Assembly (NCBI GenBank): GCA_964490895.1
Contig: CAZBEI010000111.1
Span: 1-58,488 of the forward strand
DNA length: 58,488 bases
Direction: 5' to 3'
DNA from: an uncultured Bdellovibrio sp.
Lineage (GTDB): Bacteria; Bdellovibrionota; UBA1018
Shown in pieces: positions 35,177-44,682 of the stretch. A program made the position numbers and the translations under genes. The notes beneath the pieces were generated by a model that saw only the letters and a program-made list of their open reading frames with translations, did not search any database and was not told the DNA's origin. Each line of letters opens with the position of its first letter. The first letter of the stretch is position 1.

Positions 35177-35199
35177 AAGAGAGTGAGCAAAACTCTCTT
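35177..35199. terminator. Hairpin between convergent genes (possible bidirectional terminator)
   Basis: AAGAGAGT-gagcaaa-ACTCTCTT (8-bp stem) followed by TTTAAAATT. A-rich on the other side. Confidence 0.45.
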
Positions 35200-35319
35200 T
35201 AAAATTAAAATTTCGAAAGAAGTACTCAAGCTAAAACCCAGAGCCCCCATTAAGCCCACCAAGAAACATAAAACCATAAAAACTTACCAGCGAAAACCCA
35301 AACACCCTAAAAAAGAGGC

Positions 35320-35901
35320 CTAACTCACAATCAGCTTTGTCATGAAGATATTCTGAATTTTCCCATTTGGAAGCCATGAATTTATTCGCTCTACGATGGA
35401 CTGTCGCAGTCTCTTTTTGCCTTCCTTGGAAACCAATTCTTCTCGATCGATGGCAAAAAAAACGCTGGCCACTTGATCTCGAACCCTGTGCAAGTGTTGC
35501 TCCAAATAATTGCAAGTGACCCGAGTGTCGCACTCTGCCACGAGTTCCAACTCCGCCATATTGAGAACACCCTTGACTGCCTTTTGATTGGGAATGGGTT
35601 TGAGTTCCACCGTAAAATCCCCAATTCCAAATAAAGTGTATTTTCGTTTGGCATGTTCAGATTGTTTTTCGAAAAAACCACTGAGGTTTTTAGCCGTCAG
35701 CTCGCTTTCGCTCAGTTCTTTTTTGTATTGAATTCTTTTATGATAAAGCTGATAACCAAAAAATCCCACGCCAATAATGCCCAGCCAGCTCCCTAGAAAA
35801 ATCAAAGACATCCATCGTAGACTCAAATCTCTAGACCCTAACCCCCGAAAAGCCTTAGACCAAACCTCAGTCACAGTTCCCATACTCTTATTAGGATACA
35901 A
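35320..35901 (-). CDS. FliL-like membrane protein (flagellar basal-body-associated family)
   Basis: Single N-terminal TM segment, then FTVELKP...LNMAELELVAECD...RDQVASVFF...LRQSIVERINSWLPNGKIQNIFMTKLIV, which matches the FliL domain pattern. TTG start at 35901 or ATG at 35883. No other flagellar genes nearby. Confidence 0.55.
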   Translation of the reverse strand: MYPNKSMGTVTEVWSKAFRGLGSRDLSLRWMSLIFLGSWLGIIGVGFFGYQLYHKRIQYKKELSESELTAKNLSGFFEKQSEHAKRKYTLFGIGDFTVELKPIPNQKAVKGVLNMAELELVAECDTRVTCNYLEQHLHRVRDQVASVFFAIDREELVSKEGKKRLRQSIVERINSWLPNGKIQNIFMTKLIVS

Positions 35902-35945
35902 TGGAATTTGACAATTGTCAGAATCGTGTTAGCTTCTGACCTTTC

Positions 35946-36926
35946 ATGGAAGCGGTGCTGGAATTCGAAAAACCCATTGTTCAATTAGAAAAGAAACTTC
36001 AGGACTTACAAGAGCTTTCAAAGCAAGAGGGAGTCGATTTCTCCAATGAAATCAAAATTCTAGAGAAAAAACTAACCCAACTGACCGAAGAGGTTTTTGC
36101 TCACCTCACCCCTTGGCAAAAAGTCCAACTCTCAAGACACCCCAACCGACCTTATACGAAGGATTATATTGACGCCTTATTTCCTGATTTTTTAGAACTC
36201 CATGGAGATCGCACTTTTGGTGAAGATCCAGCTATGATAGGAGGAGTGGCGACTTGGCCCAACACACAAAATCCAATCCTCATTTTAGGACAACAAAAAG
36301 GGAGAACGACAAAGCAAAAAATGGAAAGAAACTTTGGAATGGTCAAACCCGAAGGTTATCGAAAATCCATGCGTCTCATGCGGCTTGCAGATCGCTTCAA
36401 GATGCCGATTTTGACCTTTATTGACACCCCTGGAGCTTATCCCGGCCTGGACGCTGAAGAACGAGGGCAGGCTCAAGCCATTGCAGAAAGCTTAGAACTC
36501 ATGGTGAGCTTGAGTGTTCCTGTTTTATCCGTAGTTATCGGCGAAGGGGGTTCTGGAGGAGCGTTAGCTATTGGCATTGCAGACAAAGTTTTGATGCAAG
36601 AATATAGTATCTACTCTGTGATTTCTCCTGAAAGCTGTGCTTCGATCTTGTGGAGTGACTCGAGTTTAGCAGAAAAAGCCAGCGAAGGTTTAAAAATGAG
36701 CCCTTTGGATCTGCTCAAACATAAAATCATCGATGGAGTGATCCCTGAACCCAAAGGGGGAGCCCACAGAAACTGGCCAGAGGCAACGGAACTCCTCCAC
36801 AAATCTCTCATCAAACATTTCGAACCCTTCATGACTAAAAAATTCAAAAAACAAAGTGCCTTAAAGTTTAGAAAAATGGGCAATCACGCTCTAGAACACA
36901 CCCCTGTAAATGATTTAGAAAAATGA
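35946..36926 (+). CDS. accA: Acetyl-CoA carboxylase carboxyltransferase alpha subunit
   Basis: Motifs RHPNRPYTKDYI, FIDTPGAYPG and GEGGSGGALA. Confidence 0.95.
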   Translation: MEAVLEFEKPIVQLEKKLQDLQELSKQEGVDFSNEIKILEKKLTQLTEEVFAHLTPWQKVQLSRHPNRPYTKDYIDALFPDFLELHGDRTFGEDPAMIGGVATWPNTQNPILILGQQKGRTTKQKMERNFGMVKPEGYRKSMRLMRLADRFKMPILTFIDTPGAYPGLDAEERGQAQAIAESLELMVSLSVPVLSVVIGEGGSGGALAIGIADKVLMQEYSIYSVISPESCASILWSDSSLAEKASEGLKMSPLDLLKHKIIDGVIPEPKGGAHRNWPEATELLHKSLIKHFEPFMTKKFKKQSALKFRKMGNHALEHTPVNDLEK

Positions 36927-37477
36927 AAAAACTATTTGTCATTTCAGCTCCCTCTGGAGCTGGAAAAACCACTTTATGCCAACGGTTGTTAAAAGATTTT
37001 CCAAATCTAAGCCTCTCTGTATCCTCGACCACAAGGTCTCCTAGAAGAGGCGAAAAAAATGGCGTCGATTATTTTTTCATTTCAAAAGAAAAATTTCAAA
37101 ATCAAATTGATGAAAATCAATTTGCAGAATGGGCTATTGTGCACGGCAATTATTATGGCACTTCGAAAGAATTTGTAACTCAAACGATTGCATCAGGAAA
37201 AAAAATATTGCTCGATATTGATGTCCAAGGAGCTCAAAGTCTGAGACAAGCATATCCAGACCTTTGTTTGACATTGTTTATTGCGCCTCCAGACCTAAAG
37301 GCATTAGAAAAAAGACTGAGAGGAAGGGGCACTGACCCAGAGGCCGTCATTCGAGAACGCTTGCAAAATGCAGAAGAAGAACTCAAAGCGGCCGCTCAAT
37401 TTGATGCTATTATTTTAAATGACGACTTAGAAAAAGCTTACTTAAAATTGAAAACATTAATCGAAGAACAAATCTAA
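36923..37477 (+). CDS. gmk: Guanylate kinase
   Basis: Motifs SAPSGAGKTTL and SSTTRSPRRGEKNGVDYFF. Confidence 0.95.
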   Translation: MKKLFVISAPSGAGKTTLCQRLLKDFPNLSLSVSSTTRSPRRGEKNGVDYFFISKEKFQNQIDENQFAEWAIVHGNYYGTSKEFVTQTIASGKKILLDIDVQGAQSLRQAYPDLCLTLFIAPPDLKALEKRLRGRGTDPEAVIRERLQNAEEELKAAAQFDAIILNDDLEKAYLKLKTLIEEQI

Positions 37478-37486
37478 GAGGGCAAG

Positions 37487-39676
37487 ATGGCCAAACATAA
37501 GGCATCGAGTTTAAAAATAATCTGCGACACGATCACCAGCTATTACCCAGATGCCAAAATTGACATTGTGCAAAAAGCTTATGCTTTTGCAGAAGAAGCT
37601 CACCGCGGCCAGTTACGCTCCAGCGGTGAGCCTTACATGGTTCACCCCACAGACGTTGCTCAGACCTTAGCTGATTTACGATTAGATATCCCTAGCATTG
37701 CCACAGGGCTTTTGCACGACACGGTCGAGGACACTCACGCTACAAGCGAGGAAATCGAAAAAGAATTTGGGAAAGAAATAGCAGAACTTGTGGATGGTGC
37801 CACTAAGCTTTCAAAAATTACCTTCAAAACCTCAGAAGAAAAACAAGCAGAGAATTTCCGAAAAATGATTATTGCCATGGCCAAAGACATCCGAGTGATT
37901 ATTATAAAATTGGCAGATCGTCTCAATAACATGAGGACCCTAGAGCACCTCCCCCCCCAGAAACAGCAGCTCATTGCTCAAGAAACTTTGGACATCTATG
38001 CCCCTATTGCCAATCGATTGGGGATGAGCTGGATCAAAATTGAATTCGAAGATCTCTGTTTGAGATTTCTACACCCTGATGTCTATTATAAATTGGCACA
38101 AAAAGTAGCAAAAAATAAAAAGGAACGAGAAAAACACATTGAAGAAATCACGGAAATTTTACTTGAGAAACTCAAAGAATATGACATGAATGCCACCATT
38201 CTGGGACGTGCTAAGCATTTTTACTCTATCTTTAAAAAAATGGAGCGCCGCAAATCAGAGTTTGAACAAGTCTACGACTTGGTGGCCTTTCGAATTTTAG
38301 TGGATAACATTACGGAGTGCTACAAAGCTCTGGGAGTGATCCATGCCACCTACAAGCCTGTGCCCGGGCGATTCAAAGATTACATCGCCATGCCTAAAGC
38401 CAATGGCTACCAGTCCTTGCACACCACGGTGATTGGACTCTATGGAGAACGCGTTGAAATCCAAATCCGAACACACGAAATGAACCAAGTGGCCGATAGA
38501 GGCATTGCAGCACATTGGAAATACAAAGAGGGAAAATTTGACTCGCGCTCTCGAGAAAATGTAAATTGGGTCACCCGACTGCTTGAGTGGCAAAAAGATC
38601 TGGATGATCCAAACGAATTTTTAGAGACTGTAAAAATTGATCTTTTTGCAGAAGATGTATTTGTTTTTACACCCAAGGGCGAAGTCAAAGAACTTTCGCA
38701 TGGAGCAACTCCCTTAGATTTTGCATATGCCGTACACACGGATGTCGGGCACAAATGTACAGGTGCAAAAGTCAACGGCAAGATTGTTCCACTGAAACAT
38801 CGTTTAAAATCTGGAGACACTGTCGAAGTCCTCACCTCCTCTCAACAGACGCCCTCAAAAGACTGGTTAAAAATTGTCAAAAGCTCTCGAGCTAAGGCAA
38901 AAATTAGAGCTTTCATTAAACAACAAGAAAGAGAACGCGCATTGACGCTCGGAAAAGAAATCTTAGACAAAGCTCTGAGAGCCTATGGGCATACCTTTTC
39001 GAAACTTGAGCGCAGCGGCGAATTATTAAAAGTAGCCCAAAATTTAAATTACCGTACAATCGACGAACTTTCGATTTCTTTAGGCTATGGCCGTCTGACG
39101 CCAGAGCGAGTCATCCCCCAAATTGTCACGAAAGAGGCTTTGGAACAAAAACTCCAAGCCGCAAAAGCAGAAGATGAAAGTTTCTTAAAGAAGGTCTTTA
39201 ACAACGCCAAAAAAAGAAGCGAAACTAGAAATGCGATTACTGTGGCTGATTTAGACGATGTCCTCATTCGATTTGCGCGTTGCTGTAATCCACTCCCTGG
39301 AGACAGTATTGTCGGATTTATTACACGTGGCCGTGGAGTGAGCGTCCATACAGGATCGTGCGAAAAAGCGCTGGACAATGACTCTGAGCGAAAGGTAGAT
39401 GTCCAATGGAATTTGGGCGACAAAGCTGGAGTATTCAAACGCCATGTAAAAATACGTATCCTCTCTGTGGACGAACCTGGACTGCTGGCACTCATGTCTC
39501 AAACTATCACAGCCTGTGGAGTCAACATTGCCTCAGCTAATATTCGAACCACAAAAGATAAAAAAGCCATCGCTCTCTTTGATGTCGAAGTCAAAGACAT
39601 CAATCAACTCCAAAAAATCACAAGTGCGCTAGAGGGGAAGAAGGGAATCCTGATGGTTGAGAGAGTGAGATCTTAG
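37487..39676 (+). CDS. rel: Bifunctional (p)ppGpp synthetase/hydrolase (RSH, Rel/SpoT)
   Basis: HD domain (HRGQLRSSGEPYMVHP), a synthetase domain, TGS, and a C-terminal ACT domain. 729 aa. Confidence 0.95.
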   Translation: MAKHKASSLKIICDTITSYYPDAKIDIVQKAYAFAEEAHRGQLRSSGEPYMVHPTDVAQTLADLRLDIPSIATGLLHDTVEDTHATSEEIEKEFGKEIAELVDGATKLSKITFKTSEEKQAENFRKMIIAMAKDIRVIIIKLADRLNNMRTLEHLPPQKQQLIAQETLDIYAPIANRLGMSWIKIEFEDLCLRFLHPDVYYKLAQKVAKNKKEREKHIEEITEILLEKLKEYDMNATILGRAKHFYSIFKKMERRKSEFEQVYDLVAFRILVDNITECYKALGVIHATYKPVPGRFKDYIAMPKANGYQSLHTTVIGLYGERVEIQIRTHEMNQVADRGIAAHWKYKEGKFDSRSRENVNWVTRLLEWQKDLDDPNEFLETVKIDLFAEDVFVFTPKGEVKELSHGATPLDFAYAVHTDVGHKCTGAKVNGKIVPLKHRLKSGDTVEVLTSSQQTPSKDWLKIVKSSRAKAKIRAFIKQQERERALTLGKEILDKALRAYGHTFSKLERSGELLKVAQNLNYRTIDELSISLGYGRLTPERVIPQIVTKEALEQKLQAAKAEDESFLKKVFNNAKKRSETRNAITVADLDDVLIRFARCCNPLPGDSIVGFITRGRGVSVHTGSCEKALDNDSERKVDVQWNLGDKAGVFKRHVKIRILSVDEPGLLALMSQTITACGVNIASANIRTTKDKKAIALFDVEVKDINQLQKITSALEGKKGILMVERVRS

Positions 39677-40191
39677 GGCCAAAGCTCTCTGGGTGGCTGT
39701 TCCCCGCGGTCTAAATATTCCTTAAATTTTTGAGCTTTGAACTCCTGGTCTGCCTGGATGGCTTTGTGCCTCGCTCCGTGCTCTATGAGTCTTTGACTGC
39801 GTTCTTCTTTGATTAAATTTAAAAGGCCCTCTCGTCTCTGGTAAAAATCTTGCATAAATTCCCTACGTTTTATGCCCTGCAAGTTTTCCTGAAAATAATG
39901 ATGCCTTTTTTCTTTTTCTGCATTTTTCCATTCTTTAAAACGATGCTCCTGAGAAGCCTTTAACTCCTTGATCCCCATTTTTTGCTGATGCTCAAGGCTG
40001 AGTAACTCGGATCTTTGTGCTTTTTTAAACTCTCTCAATAAATTTTTTGAATCGATGGACACAAGTGGCGAAGTGCTTGGTACAGGAGCAGGCTGAGGGA
40101 TGGCGTCCGCAAAAGCTAACCCTGCTACAAAAAAAAGCGCCCATATCGTCTTACTTCGGAATATATTGAATTTTACTAACTTTAAAACCAT
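39673..40191 (-). CDS. Secreted helical K/E/R/Q-rich protein (hypothetical)
   Basis: Signal peptide ...ALFFVAGLAFA. The rest is charged and predicted helical. Its ATG overlaps the S8 protease 3' end by 41 nt. Confidence 0.5.
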   Translation of the reverse strand: MVLKLVKFNIFRSKTIWALFFVAGLAFADAIPQPAPVPSTSPLVSIDSKNLLREFKKAQRSELLSLEHQQKMGIKELKASQEHRFKEWKNAEKEKRHHYFQENLQGIKRREFMQDFYQRREGLLNLIKEERSQRLIEHGARHKAIQADQEFKAQKFKEYLDRGEQPPRELWP

Positions 40192-41854
40192 AATCGGTCA
40201 CACTGAGATCTGTTTTTAATCGGATCTTTAATACCTCTCCTTTGACATAATCAGAGGTGTAATCACTATAATTGCCTGAGAGCTCATCTCCGACTCCTCC
40301 CAAAGAGTCTTCGATAAAAACTTTATCATAAGTTTTTTCGGTGTTCACTTTTTCAAAGAAGACTCGGAGGTATTTAACCCCAGTTTTTTGAATTGTCCAA
40401 GTCAAATCTTGATTGTTGCCGTAAGGATGAGGGGACTCAATACTTTGCGCCTCAGATATCCAATCCACCTCGTTAGGCTCGTCTGTGGGTGGAATAATAT
40501 TGTAATACGCATTGGATGCACTGACCCGTCCGTGAGCCAATACTTTTTTTCTTAAAATATGAATCGGGGTGCTTGTTTTAATCATTCGTAGTTTGAGGTC
40601 CTCAAAGGTCCATTCTGGATTTGCAGCCCAAAGAAGCGCAGCAATTCCAGAGACATGGGGAGTAGCCATAGAGGTCCCACTCATTTGGGTGTACCCGCCA
40701 TCTTTGACCGTACTATAAATCCTGACACCTGGGGCTGCCAGGTGCACCGTGCGTGCTCCATAGTTCGAAAAGCTCGCCAATTTGTCTTGATTATCTGTAG
40801 CTGCAACAGAGATCACATTGTCCAATGGATAACTGGCTGGATAAGAGGGGAGCGCGTCGTTGTCACTCCCGTCATTGCCAGCTGCAGCAATAAATAAAAC
40901 TCCCGCATTTTTGGCTGATAAAATGGCATCTTGCATAGCCTGCGAAAAACCACCCCCACCCCAACTATTGCTCATGATTTTTGCTCCCATGATGCGAGCA
41001 TAGTTAATAGCTTCGATGGCGTCCGTGAGAGTTCCACTACCGCTCGAGGTTAAAAACTTCACAGGCAAAATACTGACCTGCCAATTGACTCCCACCACAC
41101 CCAATCCATTGTTGCCCATGGCTCCAATGGTGCCCGAAACATGTGTTCCATGGCCGTGGTCGTCTTTGGAATTGTTGGTGTGGGCTGCAAAATTCCAACC
41201 ATGCACATCATCGATAAATCCATTTCCATCGTCATCTTTTCCATTGACCGCGTTGGCTCCAGATTCTATAGGATTTGTATAAACATTATCCACCAAGTCA
41301 GTGTGGTCCCACTCCACGCCCGTATCAATTACTGCTACAATGACACCCTTGCTCCCTGTGACCCCTTTTTTCCAAAGCGGTAAGATAGAGATGTCAGCGC
41401 CTGGAAACCCCACCTGGCCACTAAAATCAGGTTGCCCTGTGTTATGAAGTCCCCAAAGCTTTTGAAAATCAGTGTCATTGGGTATTTCTGGGGGTACTTC
41501 TGGGGGTACTTCTGGCGGTTCGCCTTCCAAAGCCTTGTACAAATAATTGGGTTCGGCATATTCAACCCATGGGCTTTTTTTCAAAAGCTCCATCACTTTT
41601 TTAAAATCAGAGTCCCGGAATAATTTTAATTTCTGCAGCCTTTGATCTGTTTTTAAGGCCTGAATTTTCTGAACGGTGTTTTTTCCTATTTTTAAGTTCA
41701 GCCACTGCATGATTTTTGTTTGAGTGCGATCCCCCCTGAGCTTAATCAGCATTTCTCCAGCCTGATAGCGAGGGATCAAAGCGGGCTTTTTAGTGGCCCA
41801 TGCTAAATCAAGGCACATGAGAAACGACCCTAAAATCAGACAAGTTTTTGACAT
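40151..41854 (-). CDS. Secreted subtilisin-family serine protease (S8) with I9-like propeptide and C-terminal beta-sandwich domain
   Basis: Signal peptide. Catalytic triad motifs VIDTGV, HGTHVSG and GTSMATPHVSG. About 110 extra C-terminal residues. Confidence 0.9.
   Translation of the reverse strand: MSKTCLILGSFLMCLDLAWATKKPALIPRYQAGEMLIKLRGDRTQTKIMQWLNLKIGKNTVQKIQALKTDQRLQKLKLFRDSDFKKVMELLKKSPWVEYAEPNYLYKALEGEPPEVPPEVPPEIPNDTDFQKLWGLHNTGQPDFSGQVGFPGADISILPLWKKGVTGSKGVIVAVIDTGVEWDHTDLVDNVYTNPIESGANAVNGKDDDGNGFIDDVHGWNFAAHTNNSKDDHGHGTHVSGTIGAMGNNGLGVVGVNWQVSILPVKFLTSSGSGTLTDAIEAINYARIMGAKIMSNSWGGGGFSQAMQDAILSAKNAGVLFIAAAGNDGSDNDALPSYPASYPLDNVISVAATDNQDKLASFSNYGARTVHLAAPGVRIYSTVKDGGYTQMSGTSMATPHVSGIAALLWAANPEWTFEDLKLRMIKTSTPIHILRKKVLAHGRVSASNAYYNIIPPTDEPNEVDWISEAQSIESPHPYGNNQDLTWTIQKTGVKYLRVFFEKVNTEKTYDKVFIEDSLGGVGDELSGNYSDYTSDYVKGEVLKIRLKTDLSVTDYGFKVSKIQYIPK
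41480..41515 (-). repeat. 12-nt in-frame tandem repeat (x3) in the S8 protease
   Basis: gggtatttctgg / gggtacttctgg / gggtacttctgg, encoding PPEVPPEVPPEIP at the propeptide-catalytic domain junction. Confidence 0.85.
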
Positions 41855-41906
41855 AGCCCCTCCTCCATGAGAGATTATAAATAAAACTTATATAAATTAG
41901 CGTCTC

Positions 41907-43691
41907 CTAAACACTCCCTCCTGTCAATCCATCCCGGTAATCCTTGATTCTAAGCGTAGGCGTGACATTTCCGCGATAGCGATTGAGCTCTGGAACCCCA
42001 GCCCACTCCCCTTGTAGATTTCGAATTCCTTCTATGTGGTCCACCCCATGAAACCAAAGAGCTTCTATGCAATTTGGCGCTTGCGCGCCAATAGAAGATG
42101 CAGAGCTCGTGAGTTTAAACTTGAGGTGACGTTCCTTCAAAATCCGATGCTGTGAGGCAAGCCCTCGCACCTTAAAAACGGGCTCTGGATTGCCAGGCCC
42201 AAAGGGCCCGAGTTTTTCTAACTCTTGCAAAGTTTTGCGATCTAAGTCGCAGACCTCACACTCTCCTTCGATGAGCAAGGGTCTTAAATTCTCGTCTTCT
42301 GGCACCTGCCCTAAAACTTCGTTAAAAGTGTCTGTAAACAACTCGACTTGATGCTGAGATAACGAGAGTCCTGCCGCGTGCCTGTGTCCGCCAAAGCCCA
42401 AAAGAAGCCCCGAACACCTTTGCAAAGCTTGCAAAACATCCTTGCCCTGGCTCGAGCGCACACTTCCTTTTCCCACACCCTCACGAATGGCAATCACGAC
42501 TGTCGGCTTCTGAAAAATTTCTACCACTCTTGAGGCGACAATCCCTACCACACCCTCATGCCACCGCTCGTCTGCAACCACAATGCCGTGCTGATATTTT
42601 CCGGCTTTTAGACCTTCTTCGACCTTTATTTTAACTTCGTCCCATATTTTATTTTGAACCAAAGCCCGCTCTTGATTTAACTTTTCTATTTCCTGTGCAA
42701 GCGTATAGGCACGCGTAGGATCTTGTGTAGTCAAAAGCTCAAAAGAAAGACTCGCCTGTGCCATTCGCCCTGAGGCATTAATCCGTGGACCTAAAATAAA
42801 CCCCAAATGAGAAGGGCTCAAATTTCGTTTTCCAATACCTGAGACTTCTAAGAGTGCCTTCACTCCAGGCTTCTTAGAATAATTTAAAACTTCGAGTCCA
42901 TACCTCACTAAAATATGATTGTCGCCCGTGAGTGGAACCATGTCCGCAGCGGTAGCCATCACTACTAAATCTAAATGCTGTTTTAAATTCGGCTCTAACC
43001 GACCTTCCCACCAGTTTTCTTTTTTACCTTTGCTCCTGAGAGCTCTAGAAAAATAAAAAGCGAGCCCACATCCACAGAGCTCTTTGAGCCCACTCTCGCA
43101 ATCCTTTCTCTGAGGGTTTACGACTGCAAAAGCCTCGGGCAAACCTTTGAGGGGATCCACTTGATGATGGTCTAAAATAATTAAATCAATTCCAAGCTCA
43201 TGCGCTCTTTTTGCAGCTGCGAAACTGGTGATTCCACAATCCACTGTAATTAAAACAGAAAATCCAGCTGTTTGGGCGTCTTCTACGGCTTTGACATTGA
43301 GACCATACCCGTCTTTAAAACGATCTGGTTGCCTTGCCTCAGATTTAAACTCAAACTCTCTCAAAACCCAAGTGAGCAGCGAAGCTCCCGTTGTGCCGTC
43401 GACATCATAGTCTCCAAACACAAGCACTTGCTCCCCATCTTTGCGAGCTTTGACCATGCGGTCAGTGGCCAAATCCATATCTCGAATACTAAATGGATTT
43501 TTTAGATTTTCTAATTTAGGAGAAAGAAAATTTCTAATTTCTTCGGCCGAATTTAATCCCCGGTTGAGGCAAACTTTGAGTGTGAGCGACGAAAGCGCGA
43601 TGTCTTTTTGAAGAGCTTTGACCCTGTCTTCGATGGTTTTTATCTCTGGCGTGGTCGATCGAAGCTTCCATTCTCGCTCCCCTTTTATCAT
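41907..43691 (-). CDS. recJ: Single-stranded-DNA-specific exonuclease RecJ
   Basis: DHH motifs FGDYDVDG, TVDCG and ILDHH, plus a DHHA1 region. Start set to ATG 43691 (MIKGEREW...), 1 nt after the secF stop. Confidence 0.9.
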   Translation of the reverse strand: MIKGEREWKLRSTTPEIKTIEDRVKALQKDIALSSLTLKVCLNRGLNSAEEIRNFLSPKLENLKNPFSIRDMDLATDRMVKARKDGEQVLVFGDYDVDGTTGASLLTWVLREFEFKSEARQPDRFKDGYGLNVKAVEDAQTAGFSVLITVDCGITSFAAAKRAHELGIDLIILDHHQVDPLKGLPEAFAVVNPQRKDCESGLKELCGCGLAFYFSRALRSKGKKENWWEGRLEPNLKQHLDLVVMATAADMVPLTGDNHILVRYGLEVLNYSKKPGVKALLEVSGIGKRNLSPSHLGFILGPRINASGRMAQASLSFELLTTQDPTRAYTLAQEIEKLNQERALVQNKIWDEVKIKVEEGLKAGKYQHGIVVADERWHEGVVGIVASRVVEIFQKPTVVIAIREGVGKGSVRSSQGKDVLQALQRCSGLLLGFGGHRHAAGLSLSQHQVELFTDTFNEVLGQVPEDENLRPLLIEGECEVCDLDRKTLQELEKLGPFGPGNPEPVFKVRGLASQHRILKERHLKFKLTSSASSIGAQAPNCIEALWFHGVDHIEGIRNLQGEWAGVPELNRYRGNVTPTLRIKDYRDGLTGGSV

Positions 43692-43692
43692 T

Positions 43693-44670
43693 TTAGGCTT
43701 CAAGCTTTGGTTCTGGCCTAACTGCATAGCTTCTTTTGCCAGCACCATTCATTTTTAACTTCAATGTTTTTTTCTCATAATAATGCGTGATGAAAATCAC
43801 CAAAGAACTAGCAATAAAGATAGAAGAATAAGTTCCAACCACAATTCCAACCATCAAAGTAAATGCAAAATCCTCAATAACTTTCCCGCCCAAAAACCAA
43901 AGAGAAAAAACGGTCAAGAAAGTGCAAAGAGAAGTCAAAATAGTTCGGCCTAAGGTCTCGTTGACTGCACGATTCACGGCTTGTTCAATATTGAGGTGAG
44001 GATACTGATGGGTTGTCTCGCGCACACGGTCATAGACAATGATCGTGTCGTTGTTGGAATAACCAATGAGCGCTAAAATTGCCGCTAAAATCTGCAAGTC
44101 AAACTGCTTTTGAGTCACAATAAAAACTCCAAGCGTAAGGACAGTGTCATGAAAGAGCGCCAGCACAGCTCCAGGAGAGTACCGCATATCAAACCGCAAC
44201 GTGACATAGATCAAAATACAAATCAGGGCATAAAGCATCGAAAGATAACCGCTCATTCTGAGCGAGGATCCCGCTGCCGGCCCCACCACATCAACTCTTT
44301 GGATTTCCCAGTCTTTAGGCTGCAAAACTTTGTTTAAAGTATCCGAAATTTGCTTAGATATTAAATTAAGCGATGACTCATCTCCTTGAGCCTTGATTAA
44401 AAACTGATGTTCTTCGGGAGTTCCAATTTGCTGTATTTTTAAGCTTTTGATCTCACTTTTTTGCAGTTCATTTCTCACTTTCTCAATATCCCAACTTGGA
44501 GGGACTCGGATCTGGACTTCTGCTCCACCTGTAAAATCAATCCCGTAATTGAGTCCTTTGGTTAAAAAGAGAACAAAAGTCAAGAGAATGCAGCCGATCG
44601 AAATCCCAAGCCAAAGGTGACGTTTGCCTACAAAATCAATTTGCGTTCCAGGTTTTATGAGTTCAAACAT
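43693..44670 (-). CDS. secF: Protein translocase subunit SecF
   Basis: Motif GIDFTGG and six TM segments. secD-secF order. Confidence 0.95.
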   Translation of the reverse strand: MFELIKPGTQIDFVGKRHLWLGISIGCILLTFVLFLTKGLNYGIDFTGGAEVQIRVPPSWDIEKVRNELQKSEIKSLKIQQIGTPEEHQFLIKAQGDESSLNLISKQISDTLNKVLQPKDWEIQRVDVVGPAAGSSLRMSGYLSMLYALICILIYVTLRFDMRYSPGAVLALFHDTVLTLGVFIVTQKQFDLQILAAILALIGYSNNDTIIVYDRVRETTHQYPHLNIEQAVNRAVNETLGRTILTSLCTFLTVFSLWFLGGKVIEDFAFTLMVGIVVGTYSSIFIASSLVIFITHYYEKKTLKLKMNGAGKRSYAVRPEPKLEA

Positions 44671-44682
44671 TTTTTCTCCAAA

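Noticed and set aside
35231-35533. 100-aa minus-strand ORF downstream of or overlapping the fliL-like gene
   Set aside because: It overlaps the better-supported FliL-like frame and extends into the compositionally biased spacer. It has Gly/Arg-rich low-complexity sequence.
38297-39502. Several 83-136-aa minus-strand ORFs (38297-38593, 38440-38835, 39085-39495, 39251-39502)
   Set aside because: All are antisense to the 729-aa Rel/SpoT gene. None has a recognisable domain or an RBS.
43692-43748. Longer recJ start (MVLAKEAMQLGQ...)
   Set aside because: The extension lies inside the secF 3' end. The ATG at 43691, just after the secF stop, gives an N-terminus consistent with RecJ length.
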